A DNA stretch of 64,000 nucleotides, taken from the NCBI GenBank assembly GCA_048887225.1, contig JBHLJY010000006.1:32001-96000 (forward strand), in the 5' to 3' direction. The stretch comes from Candidatus Hodarchaeota archaeon. GTDB lineage: Archaea > Asgardarchaeota > Lokiarchaeia > Sigyniarchaeales > SOKP01. The number at the start of each line of letters is the position of its first letter. Positions within the stretch are counted from its first letter, which is position 1. This document shows, in pieces, positions 31,323 to 42,194 of this stretch. The translations under genes and the position numbers were made by a program. The notes under the pieces are model-generated. The model saw nothing but the letters and a program-made list of their open reading frames with translations, was not told the DNA's origin and searched no databases.

Positions 31323-32291
31323 TCAATCTTGTAATATTTTTTGTAAAATTAAAGGTAATGCGTAAATATCGCAATAATTATGATCAACACATTCTTTAAC
31401 TAATCCAATATATTTTTCAGGATTCTTCAGAAATCTTCTATAACAAGTTCCTACCATATTACTTGGTAATTGATTTTTCCTCTCCAAATTTAATAACTCT
31501 CTTTCCATATTAATGAGCGTATAATCAAAAAAACTTCCCTTAAATTTGCGACGACAGCTGTGGTATAAATCAATGTGGTGATATCTTGTATTAACATTCT
31601 CATAAGGTATTTCATTTTCAGAAATCATTGGATTTTCATCAAAATAGTATAGAAATCGATTTGCAATATAGGGAATGTCAAATGTTTTTCCATTATACGA
31701 AACGAAACATTTAAAGTGTGGTAAAATTTCTCTTCGAAGATGCTCGCAAATTGCTATTTCTTCTTCTAATTCTCGGGCAAATAAGATATCTACATGAAAT
31801 CTATTAGCTTTGTAATATCCTATTCCCACAATAATCATAGGGGAATCATAAATTCCTAAAGTTTCTATGTCAAGAAATAGTATTTCTTCTAACTCGAAGC
31901 AGAATGCAACATCTAAATCGCTAACATATCTATTTTTATAGAGTTTTTTATAGGCTCTATCATGAATTAAATTTAAAATTTTATTTGCGGAATGTCTGTA
32001 TCTTAGGTGTGCCTTTAAATCGATAAGATTTCTAACACCTCTTCTAACCAAATATTTTTCTATGTTTTCACCGACATAATATACAGTTTTGAGATTATTT
32101 ATTAAATTTCTCTTGGTTTTTCCTAAATCAACAATAGGAAAATCTTCTTCAACCCACTTAAGTTCAATAAATTCTCCCATCTCATTTCTTATTATTCGTT
32201 GATCTTGAAATAAATCTTCTAATTTTTTCCCTCTATATTGTTTTATTTGTCGGGTGATATCGTAACTTTCGAGATTATAATAGGAATCCAT
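31323..32291 (-). CDS. YprB-like RNase H-fold (DEDD) exonuclease
   Basis: FLDIETLG, SYNGKTFDIPY, HIDL, HNYCD. Confidence 0.85.
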   Translation of the reverse strand: MDSYYNLESYDITRQIKQYRGKKLEDLFQDQRIIRNEMGEFIELKWVEEDFPIVDLGKTKRNLINNLKTVYYVGENIEKYLVRRGVRNLIDLKAHLRYRHSANKILNLIHDRAYKKLYKNRYVSDLDVAFCFELEEILFLDIETLGIYDSPMIIVGIGYYKANRFHVDILFARELEEEIAICEHLRREILPHFKCFVSYNGKTFDIPYIANRFLYYFDENPMISENEIPYENVNTRYHHIDLYHSCRRKFKGSFFDYTLINMERELLNLERKNQLPSNMVGTCYRRFLKNPEKYIGLVKECVDHNYCDIYALPLILQKILQD

Positions 32292-32483
32292 TGTCTATAT
32301 TAATTAAGAAGTTTTATTTAATAATTTATTGGGTGATAATTTTTAATAATTCTGAAACCTTTGAAATTGCTACTATAAACTTCTATGTTGGTTTTGCGTT
32401 ACCAAAATTTATAATAGAGCTCATTATTAAAGAAGCCTAATTTTTTCTTAAACAATTTTGAAAAGGAATAGTAAGAAAAAAAT

Positions 32484-33818
32484 TTATAAATCTATTCGTG
32501 GAATAACATCCTCAATTTCTCTCCTTGTAGGTTTATACTTAAAGTATCTTCTTGATTCACTATCTTCAAGTACATAATTTGATCCACCGCCGTGGATCAT
32601 ACAATATGGATCTAATAATCCAATTGGATTGGAGTATTGCCTTATAAAGCCACGACCACCCATGGTCCTGAAACAATGTATTGCGCTTTCAAAACCAAGC
32701 TCAGTACTAGAGATTTTAAGCCCCATTGCTTGAGCTGCCATTAATTTAGAACTTGCTAGTTCTGGTCGTCGATCTAATTCTCTTGCATAATTTATCAATG
32801 TAGAAATTAAAAGATTCATCTCCCTTATGTTCTTAGATATTGGGAATCTTATAACTTGGTATTGATGCAACCGTCTCTCAAATTGTCTACGATGAAGTGC
32901 GTATGTATGAGAATAAAGAAGCTTTTTCATAGCATCTCCTAATGCTTCAGCGCTAATGACTAATCTTTCTTCTGTAAGCTGATGAAAGGCTATATCTAAT
33001 CCATTTCCATGAAGTAGATTTTCTAATGGCTGCTCTACTCTGTCAAAGATCAATCTACTTACGAAAGCATCAGTCATACCATATGTTCTTATTCTTGCTG
33101 ATCTAAAATTCTTTAGCTGTTGATTTTCAGTATCAATTATAATAGCTCCTAATGGTCCATTGTTTATTCTTCCATAAACAATTATATAATCAGCGATCAT
33201 ACCATTAGTAATGAATACTTTCTTACCTTTAAGAATTGCTTTATCATCCTTTATTTGAATATTTAATTCCATTCTTGCTATATCGCTTCCAGCGTTAAAT
33301 TCAGTCATAGCGGATGCTGCAGGTGCACCATCTTTGGCAACGGGAACTAAGAATTTTTCCTTTTGCTGTTCGGTCGCTTTATAATTGACGGGATTACAGT
33401 ATAAAGTTCCTCCAGAAAGACGTCCCATTTCAACGCTATAATTTCCTGCAATATATTGCTCGCTCGATTCACTCCATCTCCCACCACATAATGCATAAGC
33501 GATAAGTGCATTTCTTGTTATCTTCCCAACTTCAAAATCATCGTCGTTAAGAATTGTGCTATAATATCCGTTATCAGCTAATTTTTTTAGGATATTAATA
33601 ACAATTACTCTTTTTTTATCCTGAGTAGGTTCCTCGACGAAATAATCGAGTTCTTCTAAAGCTTTCAGATCTGTATCAAGATCTCGTTCTAAAAAATCAT
33701 AAAAATCTGATAGGAATTCCTTTTCTTGCGGAGTAAGTAAAGGATTAGCTAAGAGGTCTAATTCAGGTACATATTTTTGGATTCTTATTGGTTCAAAATC
33801 TCTTAATCTAGTATCCAT
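32484..33818 (-). CDS. Acyl-CoA dehydrogenase family protein
   Basis: AMTEFNAGSD, GKKVFITNG, LTEERL, RRQFER, MGGRGF. Confidence 0.85.
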   Translation of the reverse strand: MDTRLRDFEPIRIQKYVPELDLLANPLLTPQEKEFLSDFYDFLERDLDTDLKALEELDYFVEEPTQDKKRVIVINILKKLADNGYYSTILNDDDFEVGKITRNALIAYALCGGRWSESSEQYIAGNYSVEMGRLSGGTLYCNPVNYKATEQQKEKFLVPVAKDGAPAASAMTEFNAGSDIARMELNIQIKDDKAILKGKKVFITNGMIADYIIVYGRINNGPLGAIIIDTENQQLKNFRSARIRTYGMTDAFVSRLIFDRVEQPLENLLHGNGLDIAFHQLTEERLVISAEALGDAMKKLLYSHTYALHRRQFERRLHQYQVIRFPISKNIREMNLLISTLINYARELDRRPELASSKLMAAQAMGLKISSTELGFESAIHCFRTMGGRGFIRQYSNPIGLLDPYCMIHGGGSNYVLEDSESRRYFKYKPTRREIEDVIPRIDL

Positions 33819-33980
33819 AATACCTCATTTTTAGATTTTAAATTTTGACTATTTAATTCTAATTTAAAAAATCAATTTTAGCATAAATAAATTTATAATA
33901 TTAATATTGAACAAAATCCAATAATAGATCATAATTATAAAATTCAGATTAAAAAAAATTTAAAAAATAATTGAAAAAAA

Positions 33981-35225
33981 ATGAGTAGAAAAGTATGTGT
34001 AATTGGAATCGGGCATACAGATTTTAATTCCATGACTCCAGATGTTCAATGGAAAGAAATCATGTATGAAGCATGTAATAAAGCTTATGCCGATGCAGGA
34101 ATTGATGTTCGAAAAGATGTTGGTAGTTTCATTACCTGTGCTGAAGATTTCTGGGAAGGGTTTAGCATTTTTGATGAATTTGTTCCAGATCAAATTGGTG
34201 CATTATTGAGACCGTGTTGTACTGTATGTGGCGATGGACTTTATGGCTTAGGGAATGCCTACATGCAAATTATGACGGGATATTTTGATATTGTTGCGGT
34301 TGAAGCCCATAGTAAAGTCTCGGATTTGCTAACGTATGGAAACATTATACTTCATGCTTTTGATCCTAGATTTGAAAAACCAGTTACTGGTCCTGTTGAG
34401 AGACCCAATTATAAAGAGAGTCCAACCTATCCTCCTTCGAGTCCAAAACCTTTAATAGGAAGTTCGGACGAAAAAGAGAGAGTTCATCCTTATTTCTTGG
34501 CAGGTTTAGAAATGCAGCATTATTTGAAAACTACAGGTACTACTGAAGAACAATGTTCGTCTGTAGTGGTTAAGAACAAGAAAAATGCATTCTTTAATCC
34601 TTATGCTGACTACGAAGCAAAAATTTCTGTTGAAGATGTTATGAATTCAGAGTGCCTTTTCAAACCTTTAAAAAGTTTAGATATAAGTCCTAATGTTGAT
34701 GGAGCCATTTGCTTTGTCTTAGCTGACGACCAAACAGCTAAAAATTTAGGAATTGAGCCCATCTTTCTCTCCGGATTTGGATGGTGTTCAGAAACACCTT
34801 GGCTTGCAACTAGAGGTATGGATGCTCTATACGCGAAAGAAGCGGCTAAGATGGCATACAAAATGGCGGGAATTAAAGATCCTAAAAAAGAGATTTGTAT
34901 TGCGGAAGTTGATGATAGATTTTCATATAAAGAACTTCAACATCTCGAAGCTTTAGGTCTTGCAGAACCCGGAGAGGCAGGACAATTAGTAGAAGAGGGA
35001 GCATTGGACATTAATGGTTCACTTCCAACAAACATGTCGGGTGGAGCCTTAGGAGTGGGAAACTGTCTTGAAGCCACTGGATTACAAAAAGCTTTAGAAA
35101 TAGTCACACAGCTTAGAGGGCATGCCGCAAAGAGACAAATCTCAGATGTTGAGCGGGGAATTGCTCAATCTTGGCGTTTTCTTCCCTCTGGAAGCGGAGC
35201 AGTAGCGATATTTGAGAGAGGATAA
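33981..35225 (+). CDS. Thiolase-fold protein (SCP-x/Ltp-like, no nucleophilic Cys motif), cassette 1
   Basis: VKNKKNA..NP, DGA, NMSGG.LG.G; Pro-rich insertion. Confidence 0.85.
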   Translation: MSRKVCVIGIGHTDFNSMTPDVQWKEIMYEACNKAYADAGIDVRKDVGSFITCAEDFWEGFSIFDEFVPDQIGALLRPCCTVCGDGLYGLGNAYMQIMTGYFDIVAVEAHSKVSDLLTYGNIILHAFDPRFEKPVTGPVERPNYKESPTYPPSSPKPLIGSSDEKERVHPYFLAGLEMQHYLKTTGTTEEQCSSVVVKNKKNAFFNPYADYEAKISVEDVMNSECLFKPLKSLDISPNVDGAICFVLADDQTAKNLGIEPIFLSGFGWCSETPWLATRGMDALYAKEAAKMAYKMAGIKDPKKEICIAEVDDRFSYKELQHLEALGLAEPGEAGQLVEEGALDINGSLPTNMSGGALGVGNCLEATGLQKALEIVTQLRGHAAKRQISDVERGIAQSWRFLPSGSGAVAIFERG

Positions 35226-35232
35226 GGAGGTG
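35226..35232 (+). promoter_or_regulatory. Shine-Dalgarno GGAGGTG
   Basis: Upstream of ATG 35244; the same heptamer lies at 36931 and 43341 ahead of other internal operon genes. Confidence 0.65.
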
Positions 35233-35243
35233 CGAGAAAAAAG

Positions 35244-36407
35244 ATGAAAGATGTAGCAGTTATTGGAGCCGGCATGACTTTATTTCGTAGGCATTTAATG
35301 GAGACTGGCAAAGAACTCTCCTATTTGGCTACAAAAATGGCAATGGAAGATGCTGGTATTCAAAAGGATGATATTGATATGGTTGTTATGGGCTCTGCTC
35401 CAGATGCTTTTGACGGCATCCATATGAAAGGAGAAAATTTATTAGATGGAGCAGCTGCAGCGGGAAAACCATATGTTAGAGTATTCAATGGGGGAGGCAC
35501 TGGTGTATTTGCTCCAATTGCAGGATGGTGGCACGTTGCATCAGGCGTAGCTGACGTGTGTTTAGTTGTATGCGAAGAAAAAATGGGCAATACTTATCCT
35601 CATCCACAAACAGCTTTTAGACACATATGGGATCCAGTTTTAGATAGACCACTTAACCCTAATTTAGTGTGGTTGTTTGCTATGGAAATGAACCGGTATA
35701 TGACAGTCCATGGAATTAAAAAAGAAGATATAGCAAGAGTCGCAGTAAAGAATAAAAGAAATGCAGTAGGTCATCCATGTGCCCAGTTAGCAGATCCAAA
35801 CATTACAGTTGATGATGTCTTGAATTCTGAAATTATGGCGTGGCCTGTGCAGAGATTAGATATTAGTCCACCGAGCGATGGTGCCGCGGCATTAATATTT
35901 TGCAATAAAGACGTTGTACACAAATTCACAGATGAACGTATCTATGTTGCTAGCGTTGGATGGAGTATTGACAGTACAATGTGGACTAATCGAGATTTAT
36001 ACTTCCCTCGATATGTAGCGGAGGCTGCGAAAATGGCATATAAAAAAGCAGGAATTATAAACCCTCCAAAGGATATAGATTTTGCTGAACCTTATGATCC
36101 ATTTGATTATAAAGAATTGCATCACATGGAGGGGCTTTTACTCTGTGATAAAGGTGAAGCACCAATCCTTACGAGGGAGGGAGTTACCCAGCGAGATGGT
36201 GATTTACCAATATGTCCTTCAGGAGGGCTTTTAGGAGTAGGCAATCCTATTGCGGCGACAATGGGACAGAAAGTATGTGAATTATATTGGCAACTTGCAG
36301 GTAAAGCGGGGAAGAGACAAATCCCAGGTGATCCAAGAGTCGGCGTAGGGCAAGCGTGGGGTGATATAATGCAAATGGCTACCGTAATAGTATTAAGGAG
36401 GGAATAA
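35244..36407 (+). CDS. Thiolase-fold protein (Ltp3-like), cassette 1
   Basis: SAPDAFDG, GGGTG, SDGAAA, AEPYD, PSGGLLG.GNP. Confidence 0.88.
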   Translation: MKDVAVIGAGMTLFRRHLMETGKELSYLATKMAMEDAGIQKDDIDMVVMGSAPDAFDGIHMKGENLLDGAAAAGKPYVRVFNGGGTGVFAPIAGWWHVASGVADVCLVVCEEKMGNTYPHPQTAFRHIWDPVLDRPLNPNLVWLFAMEMNRYMTVHGIKKEDIARVAVKNKRNAVGHPCAQLADPNITVDDVLNSEIMAWPVQRLDISPPSDGAAALIFCNKDVVHKFTDERIYVASVGWSIDSTMWTNRDLYFPRYVAEAAKMAYKKAGIINPPKDIDFAEPYDPFDYKELHHMEGLLLCDKGEAPILTREGVTQRDGDLPICPSGGLLGVGNPIAATMGQKVCELYWQLAGKAGKRQIPGDPRVGVGQAWGDIMQMATVIVLRRE

Positions 36408-36411
36408 AAAA

Positions 36412-36945
36412 ATGGCAGAAGAGAGAAAAGATTGGCCGCCTTATGCTCCAGGCACTCATGTTAGGGAAAGTGATATTAGAGAAAAGAAAATTACATATAC
36501 ATGGTGGGAGCCTGAGGTTCAGTATAGTTGGAGCCTAGGTCCCGCAATGAGCAAATTTTTACAAGGTCTCAAAGCTGGAAAAATTATTGGGATAAATTGT
36601 AAACGATGTAAGCGAGTCATTGTACCTCCAAGAATGTTTTGCGAATATTGTTACGGACCTACAGAAGAATGGGTAGAATTAAAAGATACTGGAACTATAG
36701 AAACTTTCTCAATCTCATATCTAGACCCTGATGCAAGAAGAATTGAGGAACCTATTCTTGTTGGCGTAGTTTCCATTGATGGAGCTTCTCCTCAACATGG
36801 TTTCATGCACTATTTTGGAGAGATGACAAAGGAAGAGATTAAGATCGGCATGAAGGTCAAGGCAGTTTGGAAGCCAGAGAACGAGAGAGAAGGTTCCATA
36901 AATGATATAAAATATTTCAAACCTTTAAGAGGAGGTGAAATTTAA
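36412..36945 (+). CDS. DUF35 zinc-ribbon/OB-fold protein
   Basis: CKRC...PPR.FCEYC; IGMKVKAVW. Confidence 0.92.
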   Translation: MAEERKDWPPYAPGTHVRESDIREKKITYTWWEPEVQYSWSLGPAMSKFLQGLKAGKIIGINCKRCKRVIVPPRMFCEYCYGPTEEWVELKDTGTIETFSISYLDPDARRIEEPILVGVVSIDGASPQHGFMHYFGEMTKEEIKIGMKVKAVWKPENEREGSINDIKYFKPLRGGEI

Positions 36946-37424
36946 TGACATTCGGAGAAAAACAAACAGATCCGACATCCCCAATGCATTGGAGGGGAGA
37001 TATGCAAGCAGATTATTTCTATCCAAGCGGACTTGCTGGAGAAAAGTTTTTCAGACATTTAATGCAAATGGATACATTCTTAGCAACAAGATGTCCAAAA
37101 TGTATTAAAGTATTATTCCCACCAAGATTATATTGCGAGGATTGCTTTACAGAAATTACAGACAACGATTGGGCAGAAGTCCCAGCAGCCGGCACAGTTA
37201 GACTTTTCACAGTAGCAACCATTAACGCCCATGGAAAAAAAATGGAAAAACCAAAGATCATAGCACTTATTGATATAGAAAAAACAGATGGGGCAATGCT
37301 GGGAATAATTAAAACTAACGATTTAGAAAATGATTTTTGCGGTGTAAAGGTAAAGGCAGTGCTAAAGCCTAAAGAGAAAAGAGAAGGAACTGTAAAAGAT
37401 ATACTATACTTTGAAGTAGTGTAA
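36945..37424 (+). CDS. DUF35 zinc-ribbon/OB-fold protein
   Basis: CPKC..PPRLYCEDC; overlaps the upstream stop (taatg). Confidence 0.92.
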   Translation: MTFGEKQTDPTSPMHWRGDMQADYFYPSGLAGEKFFRHLMQMDTFLATRCPKCIKVLFPPRLYCEDCFTEITDNDWAEVPAAGTVRLFTVATINAHGKKMEKPKIIALIDIEKTDGAMLGIIKTNDLENDFCGVKVKAVLKPKEKREGTVKDILYFEVV

Positions 37425-37427
37425 TAA

Positions 37428-37470
37428 TCTTTTTTTTCCTTATATTTTTTTTCTTTCCTATTTTTTTATG
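37428..37470 (+). terminator. Oligo-T tract, probable archaeal terminator between convergent operons
   Basis: Several T7-8 runs right after the stop at 37424; A-runs at about 37478-37500 would serve the opposite strand. Confidence 0.45.
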
Positions 37471-37522
37471 TAGTTAATAAAAAGCAAATAAAAAAAAATA
37501 GTAGAACTAATAATTTTTTTAT

Positions 37523-38041
37523 TTATTCGATGCTACCTTCTTCTTTATTCAGTTCGATTCCTGGATCTTCGATTGGTTCGTAACAATCTATATCCATCCA
37601 TAAGCCCTTCCGCTCTTTAGCCCATACGACTTTTAGGGGCATTCCTATATAAACTGAATTGAAATCAACGTCCTCAGCCATATTATGAACCAACATAGTA
37701 TCCGACCCATCTTGCCGAACAGCTATAACTGGAAAGGGATGTTCTCTATTCTTATCATCTTCGTCGTAGTTTGCAGAACCAGTTGCTACTGAGGCTGTTT
37801 CAGGCAATCTAACCCATTGATCGGGTTTTACTAAACATCTTCCGCAAATTAGTCTTGGAGGAAAGGAAACTGTGTTGCATGATCTACACTTTAATCCTAG
37901 GATTATTCCATCCTTTAAACCTTTTAAAAATACTTTCGTCCTTGATAAATTAAACTTGTATTTATAAGACGTCAAATACCAATTTCCTTTCAATGTTCTT
38001 GTTTTTATATAATCTTTTTTAACATAAGCTGGTAGTGGCAT
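37523..38041 (-). CDS. DUF35 zinc-ribbon/OB-fold protein, cassette 2
   Basis: CRSC..PPRLICGRC; IGMPLKVVW. Confidence 0.9.
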   Translation of the reverse strand: MPLPAYVKKDYIKTRTLKGNWYLTSYKYKFNLSRTKVFLKGLKDGIILGLKCRSCNTVSFPPRLICGRCLVKPDQWVRLPETASVATGSANYDEDDKNREHPFPVIAVRQDGSDTMLVHNMAEDVDFNSVYIGMPLKVVWAKERKGLWMDIDCYEPIEDPGIELNKEEGSIE

Positions 38042-38055
38042 TTTCTTTTATCACC

Positions 38056-39312
38056 TCACCTAAATTTACGTTGTGGCTCATCTGCCATAACAACGTGTGT
38101 TATTAAATTTATTGCGCCCCCCCAACCATGTCCAAGAGCTGCATGAACTGTCTTAGGAACTTGATTTCCCGCTTTACCCATGATTTGTAAAGCAGATTCA
38201 GCAGGTCTTTCCATTGCCGAAGCTCCAATTGCGTTTGTAGCATTTACTCCTCCAGAACAGTTCACTGGTAGCTCACCATTTAATGCAGTAACTCCATTTT
38301 CATAAGCTTCAGGAGCAGTGTTTGGCTCAAATAGCCCAACTCTCTCCACCCATTGCAATTCTTGATTTGGAAAAGGAGAATACACTTCTGCGTAATCAAT
38401 TTCTTTGTTTGGGAAAGAAATTCCCGCTTGACTATAAGCAACCTCAGAAGATTTGACAGCGCCTAATTGTTCACAAGGGTCAATTTGTCCTGCTCCGCTA
38501 CAATCAACTCCTATTATAGCAGGTTCATTGGCATAACTAGCAACACCATTTACATAAACAGGAATGTCGGCTATTTGTTTTGCCTTATCTTCGGTAGTAA
38601 ATAATACAGCACATGCACCATCGGAGGCAGGACATACCATTCCAAATCTTAATGGAAACGAAATATATGGTGTATCTAACACATCTTCAATTGTAATAGT
38701 AGGCATCTTTAAGTGTGTCCACCAATTTTTTGCAGCATTTCTTCTATTTTGTACAACTACCCGAGCTAAGTCTTCTTCAGTGGCTTTACTTCTTCTCATA
38801 TAATTCATTGCCTGGTATGACGCAACGCCAATTGCAGCTCCAGCACCCATATTTCTCCTTAATCTATCGGTTTCATAGCCTAAACTTGGGAAAATGGATA
38901 ATTCGCCTAATGCCACAGTAGCTAATCCCAATGTCGTATTCCCACATGATTGTTGTTCGAAGGCAACTGCTAATACCATATCGTATAATCCTGAAGCTAT
39001 AGCATAATATCCAGAGATAAATACAGAACCGCCAGTTGTTCCACCAGTTGTAACCCTCAAAAGAGCTTTGTTCTTAGCAGCTATATGGTCTGTCATCCAT
39101 AATTCTGGCATATTTGCACCTTCAAAGGCAGGCATATTCCCATTTATTACACAATCAATATCATTCCACTCAACAGACTCAGCTTTACTTAAACAGTCTT
39201 CAACTGCCTCATTTACCAATTCCGCCATATTTACATCAGATCGCTTGGAAGCGTGTTCACAAAAACCACAACTTATTACTGCGGGTTGTACTTTAGCCAT
39301 TTTATTTTTCAC
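38056..39312 (-). CDS. Thiolase-fold protein (Ltp3-like), cassette 2
   Basis: KRSDVNMAELV, FEGANMPEL, TGGTTGGS, SDGACA, NCSGG..ATNAIGA. Confidence 0.88.
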   Translation of the reverse strand: MKNKMAKVQPAVISCGFCEHASKRSDVNMAELVNEAVEDCLSKAESVEWNDIDCVINGNMPAFEGANMPELWMTDHIAAKNKALLRVTTGGTTGGSVFISGYYAIASGLYDMVLAVAFEQQSCGNTTLGLATVALGELSIFPSLGYETDRLRRNMGAGAAIGVASYQAMNYMRRSKATEEDLARVVVQNRRNAAKNWWTHLKMPTITIEDVLDTPYISFPLRFGMVCPASDGACAVLFTTEDKAKQIADIPVYVNGVASYANEPAIIGVDCSGAGQIDPCEQLGAVKSSEVAYSQAGISFPNKEIDYAEVYSPFPNQELQWVERVGLFEPNTAPEAYENGVTALNGELPVNCSGGVNATNAIGASAMERPAESALQIMGKAGNQVPKTVHAALGHGWGGAINLITHVVMADEPQRKFR

Positions 39313-40435
39313 CTCCTTCTAACACATATATTATATTATTTTGAGCACAAAAGCCGACTTGTCCCGAAGCAATAGCTTTATTTGCTCCAGATACTTGATG
39401 TCCATCTGCATCACCTCGAATTTGTTTCACTGCCTCCATTATTCTTGTTAAACCATTTGCTGCAGGTGTATACCCTGCCATTGTTCCTCCTGAAGGATTA
39501 AGCTTTCCAGTGTCAATTAAAGAGATACCTTTCCCTTTATCGGCCAAACCCGCTGCTTCAGCCAAAATCAAATCTTCGCATGCGGTATGTCCAAAAAGTT
39601 CGGCTACATCAATTTCCCTTTTTGGATCTTTTATACCTGCTAATTTATATGCTCTTTCTGCAGCTTTTTCCATTGATAAACAACTGCTTAAATCTCTATC
39701 ACCTAAATAATATGTCTCATTGAAATGTCCTACACCAGTAACCCATACAGGCTTATCTGTTATTTTTAAAGCTTGTCTTTCTGGAGCGAGAATCACTGCT
39801 GTTATGCCATCACATAGGATTGGATACATTAATTCCCTTAAGGGGGTACTCAATACTTCGGAGTTTAACACATCAGCAACAGAAATATTCGGTTTTTTAG
39901 CTTCTGCTAATGCTAAGGGATTTTTAGCGGCATTTCTTAAATTATACGCAGCAACGTTAGCAATATCTTCTTCTGAAAGCCCAAAAGTATTTAAATAAGC
40001 CCTCATCTGCATAGCTCCTGCAGTATAACTATTTAAAAGATTAATTGGGCGATCAAACGTAGGATCATTTTCTAAAACTCGAACAGATTCGTATGGAAAA
40101 CAAGAGGGCATACTTAATCCGTAGATCATTGCCAATTTATGATTACCTGATAAGATTCTCATTAATCCATACATCATTGCGTGAGCTCCATCCATCTCAA
40201 CTTTACTTTCATCCTTCATATATGCTCCACTCGATTCTACTTTAAAACAATTTGAGATGGTTTTACCATCGTAATAATCGTTGGAGCATCCAATAACGGT
40301 TGATAAATCATCTCGTTTTAAGCCTGCATGATCTAATGCCCCTCGTGTTGCCTCAAAAAGCATCTCATAAGGGCTCATCATTTTATCCAAGTCGGGCTTT
40401 ACTTGATAAAAACCTACTACTCCTACTTTATCCAT
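39302..40435 (-). CDS. Thiolase-fold protein (Ltp4-like), cassette 2
   Basis: SNDYYDG, ESKVEMDGA, NPSGG, GQVGFCAQNN. Confidence 0.88.
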   Translation of the reverse strand: MDKVGVVGFYQVKPDLDKMMSPYEMLFEATRGALDHAGLKRDDLSTVIGCSNDYYDGKTISNCFKVESSGAYMKDESKVEMDGAHAMMYGLMRILSGNHKLAMIYGLSMPSCFPYESVRVLENDPTFDRPINLLNSYTAGAMQMRAYLNTFGLSEEDIANVAAYNLRNAAKNPLALAEAKKPNISVADVLNSEVLSTPLRELMYPILCDGITAVILAPERQALKITDKPVWVTGVGHFNETYYLGDRDLSSCLSMEKAAERAYKLAGIKDPKREIDVAELFGHTACEDLILAEAAGLADKGKGISLIDTGKLNPSGGTMAGYTPAANGLTRIMEAVKQIRGDADGHQVSGANKAIASGQVGFCAQNNIIYVLEGGEK

Positions 40436-40437
40436 CT

Positions 40438-40914
40438 TTAAGCACCTCCTATTGGCTCAAATCCTGCAATGTCGCTAGGGTGGCCCTTAATTCTTTTTGC
40501 CCAAACTATTTTTACTTTCATACCTATTTTTAAATCTTCTGGATTGACATTTAAAATTGGCACAATCATAGCATTATTTGCTCCATCAATTTGGACCAAT
40601 CCCACAATCTGATCCTTATTCACTTTTCTTGTTTTTCGCTCAGTAATTTTGTAATTTGTCGCCGTGAAATTCTTTAAGACGCCCGTTTCGGGTAAATCAA
40701 CAAAATCTTCAGCTTTTGCAAAGCAATAGCCACATCTATTTCTAGGTGGTAAAAAGACTTTTCCACATTTAGAACATTTGGTACCAATAAATTTCTTTTC
40801 TTGAAGTCCATAGTAGAATTTATCCATGACAACTCCGACCCAAAAATTGAATTCAGCACGTACCATACCTTTTGTGACATATATATCTTGTTCATCATCC
40901 AAATTTAATGACAA
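40438..40914 (-). CDS. DUF35 zinc-ribbon/OB-fold protein, cassette 2
   Basis: CSKC..PPRNRCGYC; IGMKVKIVW. Confidence 0.9.
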   Translation of the reverse strand: MSLNLDDEQDIYVTKGMVRAEFNFWVGVVMDKFYYGLQEKKFIGTKCSKCGKVFLPPRNRCGYCFAKAEDFVDLPETGVLKNFTATNYKITERKTRKVNKDQIVGLVQIDGANNAMIVPILNVNPEDLKIGMKVKIVWAKRIKGHPSDIAGFEPIGGA

Positions 40915-41088
40915 TATCTTTCACACTTTTATTTTTTTTTGATTTCTGAAAAATTGTTTAATAAATAATATTTTACATGTTCTATTATTTATAACTTTCA
41001 AAAATATATCTCGTTTTGGAGATTGAATTTAAAGAAAAAAAGAAAAATAATAAAAAAAATAGAAATTGGTTAGTGGAATTAATTCTTC

Positions 41089-41991
41089 TTAGTATACATC
41101 ACTTTTTAGTAAGTTAAAAATCTCTACTGTTTCTGCTGGAGTAGCAACTTCACGTCCTGCAATTTTTGCAACTTTTGCTGCCCATTCTACTTGCTCGTAA
41201 GAACCTTTAGCCAATGCACCATCAACTGTACGGATGTTATCTTCTAATCCAACTCTAATGTGTCCACCCATAGTAGCTGCACACATACCTGCTCGAAACT
41301 GATCTCTTGCTACACCACATACGCTCCATGAGGCATCTGGAGGTTTTAAAGCTAACAAATTAGCTAAATTTTGGAAAGAAAATGGAATTCCTCCTAGTAC
41401 TCCAAATACAAATTGAAAATGAAGGGGATGCTCGAACAAACCTTCTTGTTTATTAAGGAAAAGAACATTATACATACCCCCCATATCGTATATTTCTAAT
41501 TCTGGCTTTGTTCTCGCTCTTCTTATTCGTTTAGCAAACTTTTGAATCATAGAAAAATTGTTCTCAAAAACCAATGCGGGGGCAAGTGTTATCGTTCCTG
41601 TTTTATGATCTCCTACACTAAAATTCATAGAATTTGTATTTAATGAACAAAGAGGTGGTTTATAAGTTTCAACAGGTCGTATTCTTTGTTTTTCAGTTGC
41701 GACCGCACTGATAGCAGTACTTAAGTTAATTAAAAGATCTGGTGCCTTATCTTTTATATTATCTATTACAGCTTTTATAATATCCAATTCATGCGTAGGA
41801 ATTCCTTTTTCTGGGTCCCTTGCGTGAATATGAACAATTGAAGCGCCTGCATCATAGCATTTTTTTGCTTCGTTCCCAAACTCTTCTGCTGTATATGGAA
41901 CATTTTCATTTTGGCTTTTTAACGTTGCTGCGCCTGCTAAAGCGGCACTAATTACCAATTTATTTGACAAATCTGACACTTTTACTTTCAA
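41089..41991 (-). CDS. Beta-keto acid cleavage enzyme (BKACE/DUF849, Kce family)
   Basis: AGASIVHIHARD, PELEIYD, GGHIRVGLEDN. Confidence 0.93.
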   Translation of the reverse strand: MKVKVSDLSNKLVISAALAGAATLKSQNENVPYTAEEFGNEAKKCYDAGASIVHIHARDPEKGIPTHELDIIKAVIDNIKDKAPDLLINLSTAISAVATEKQRIRPVETYKPPLCSLNTNSMNFSVGDHKTGTITLAPALVFENNFSMIQKFAKRIRRARTKPELEIYDMGGMYNVLFLNKQEGLFEHPLHFQFVFGVLGGIPFSFQNLANLLALKPPDASWSVCGVARDQFRAGMCAATMGGHIRVGLEDNIRTVDGALAKGSYEQVEWAAKVAKIAGREVATPAETVEIFNLLKSDVY

Positions 41992-42194
41992 CCTATATAA
42001 TATATTTTCAATACTATTGATTATAATTTAAACTATTTTAATATATAAAATTTAAATGATTAAAAAAAATAATTCAAACTTTCTTTATATCCATTTGGAA
42101 AAAAATCAAATAAAAACATTATAATATAATCTGATTTAATTTATATCTATATTAGTAATCTATCTGAAATGAATGAAAATAATCTTAAAGAAGT

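Noticed and set aside
32484-33818. Inactive acyl-CoA dehydrogenase (IYEG replaced by IHGG)
   Set aside because: A Glu is present at the alternative IVD/LCAD-type catalytic position (LTEERL).
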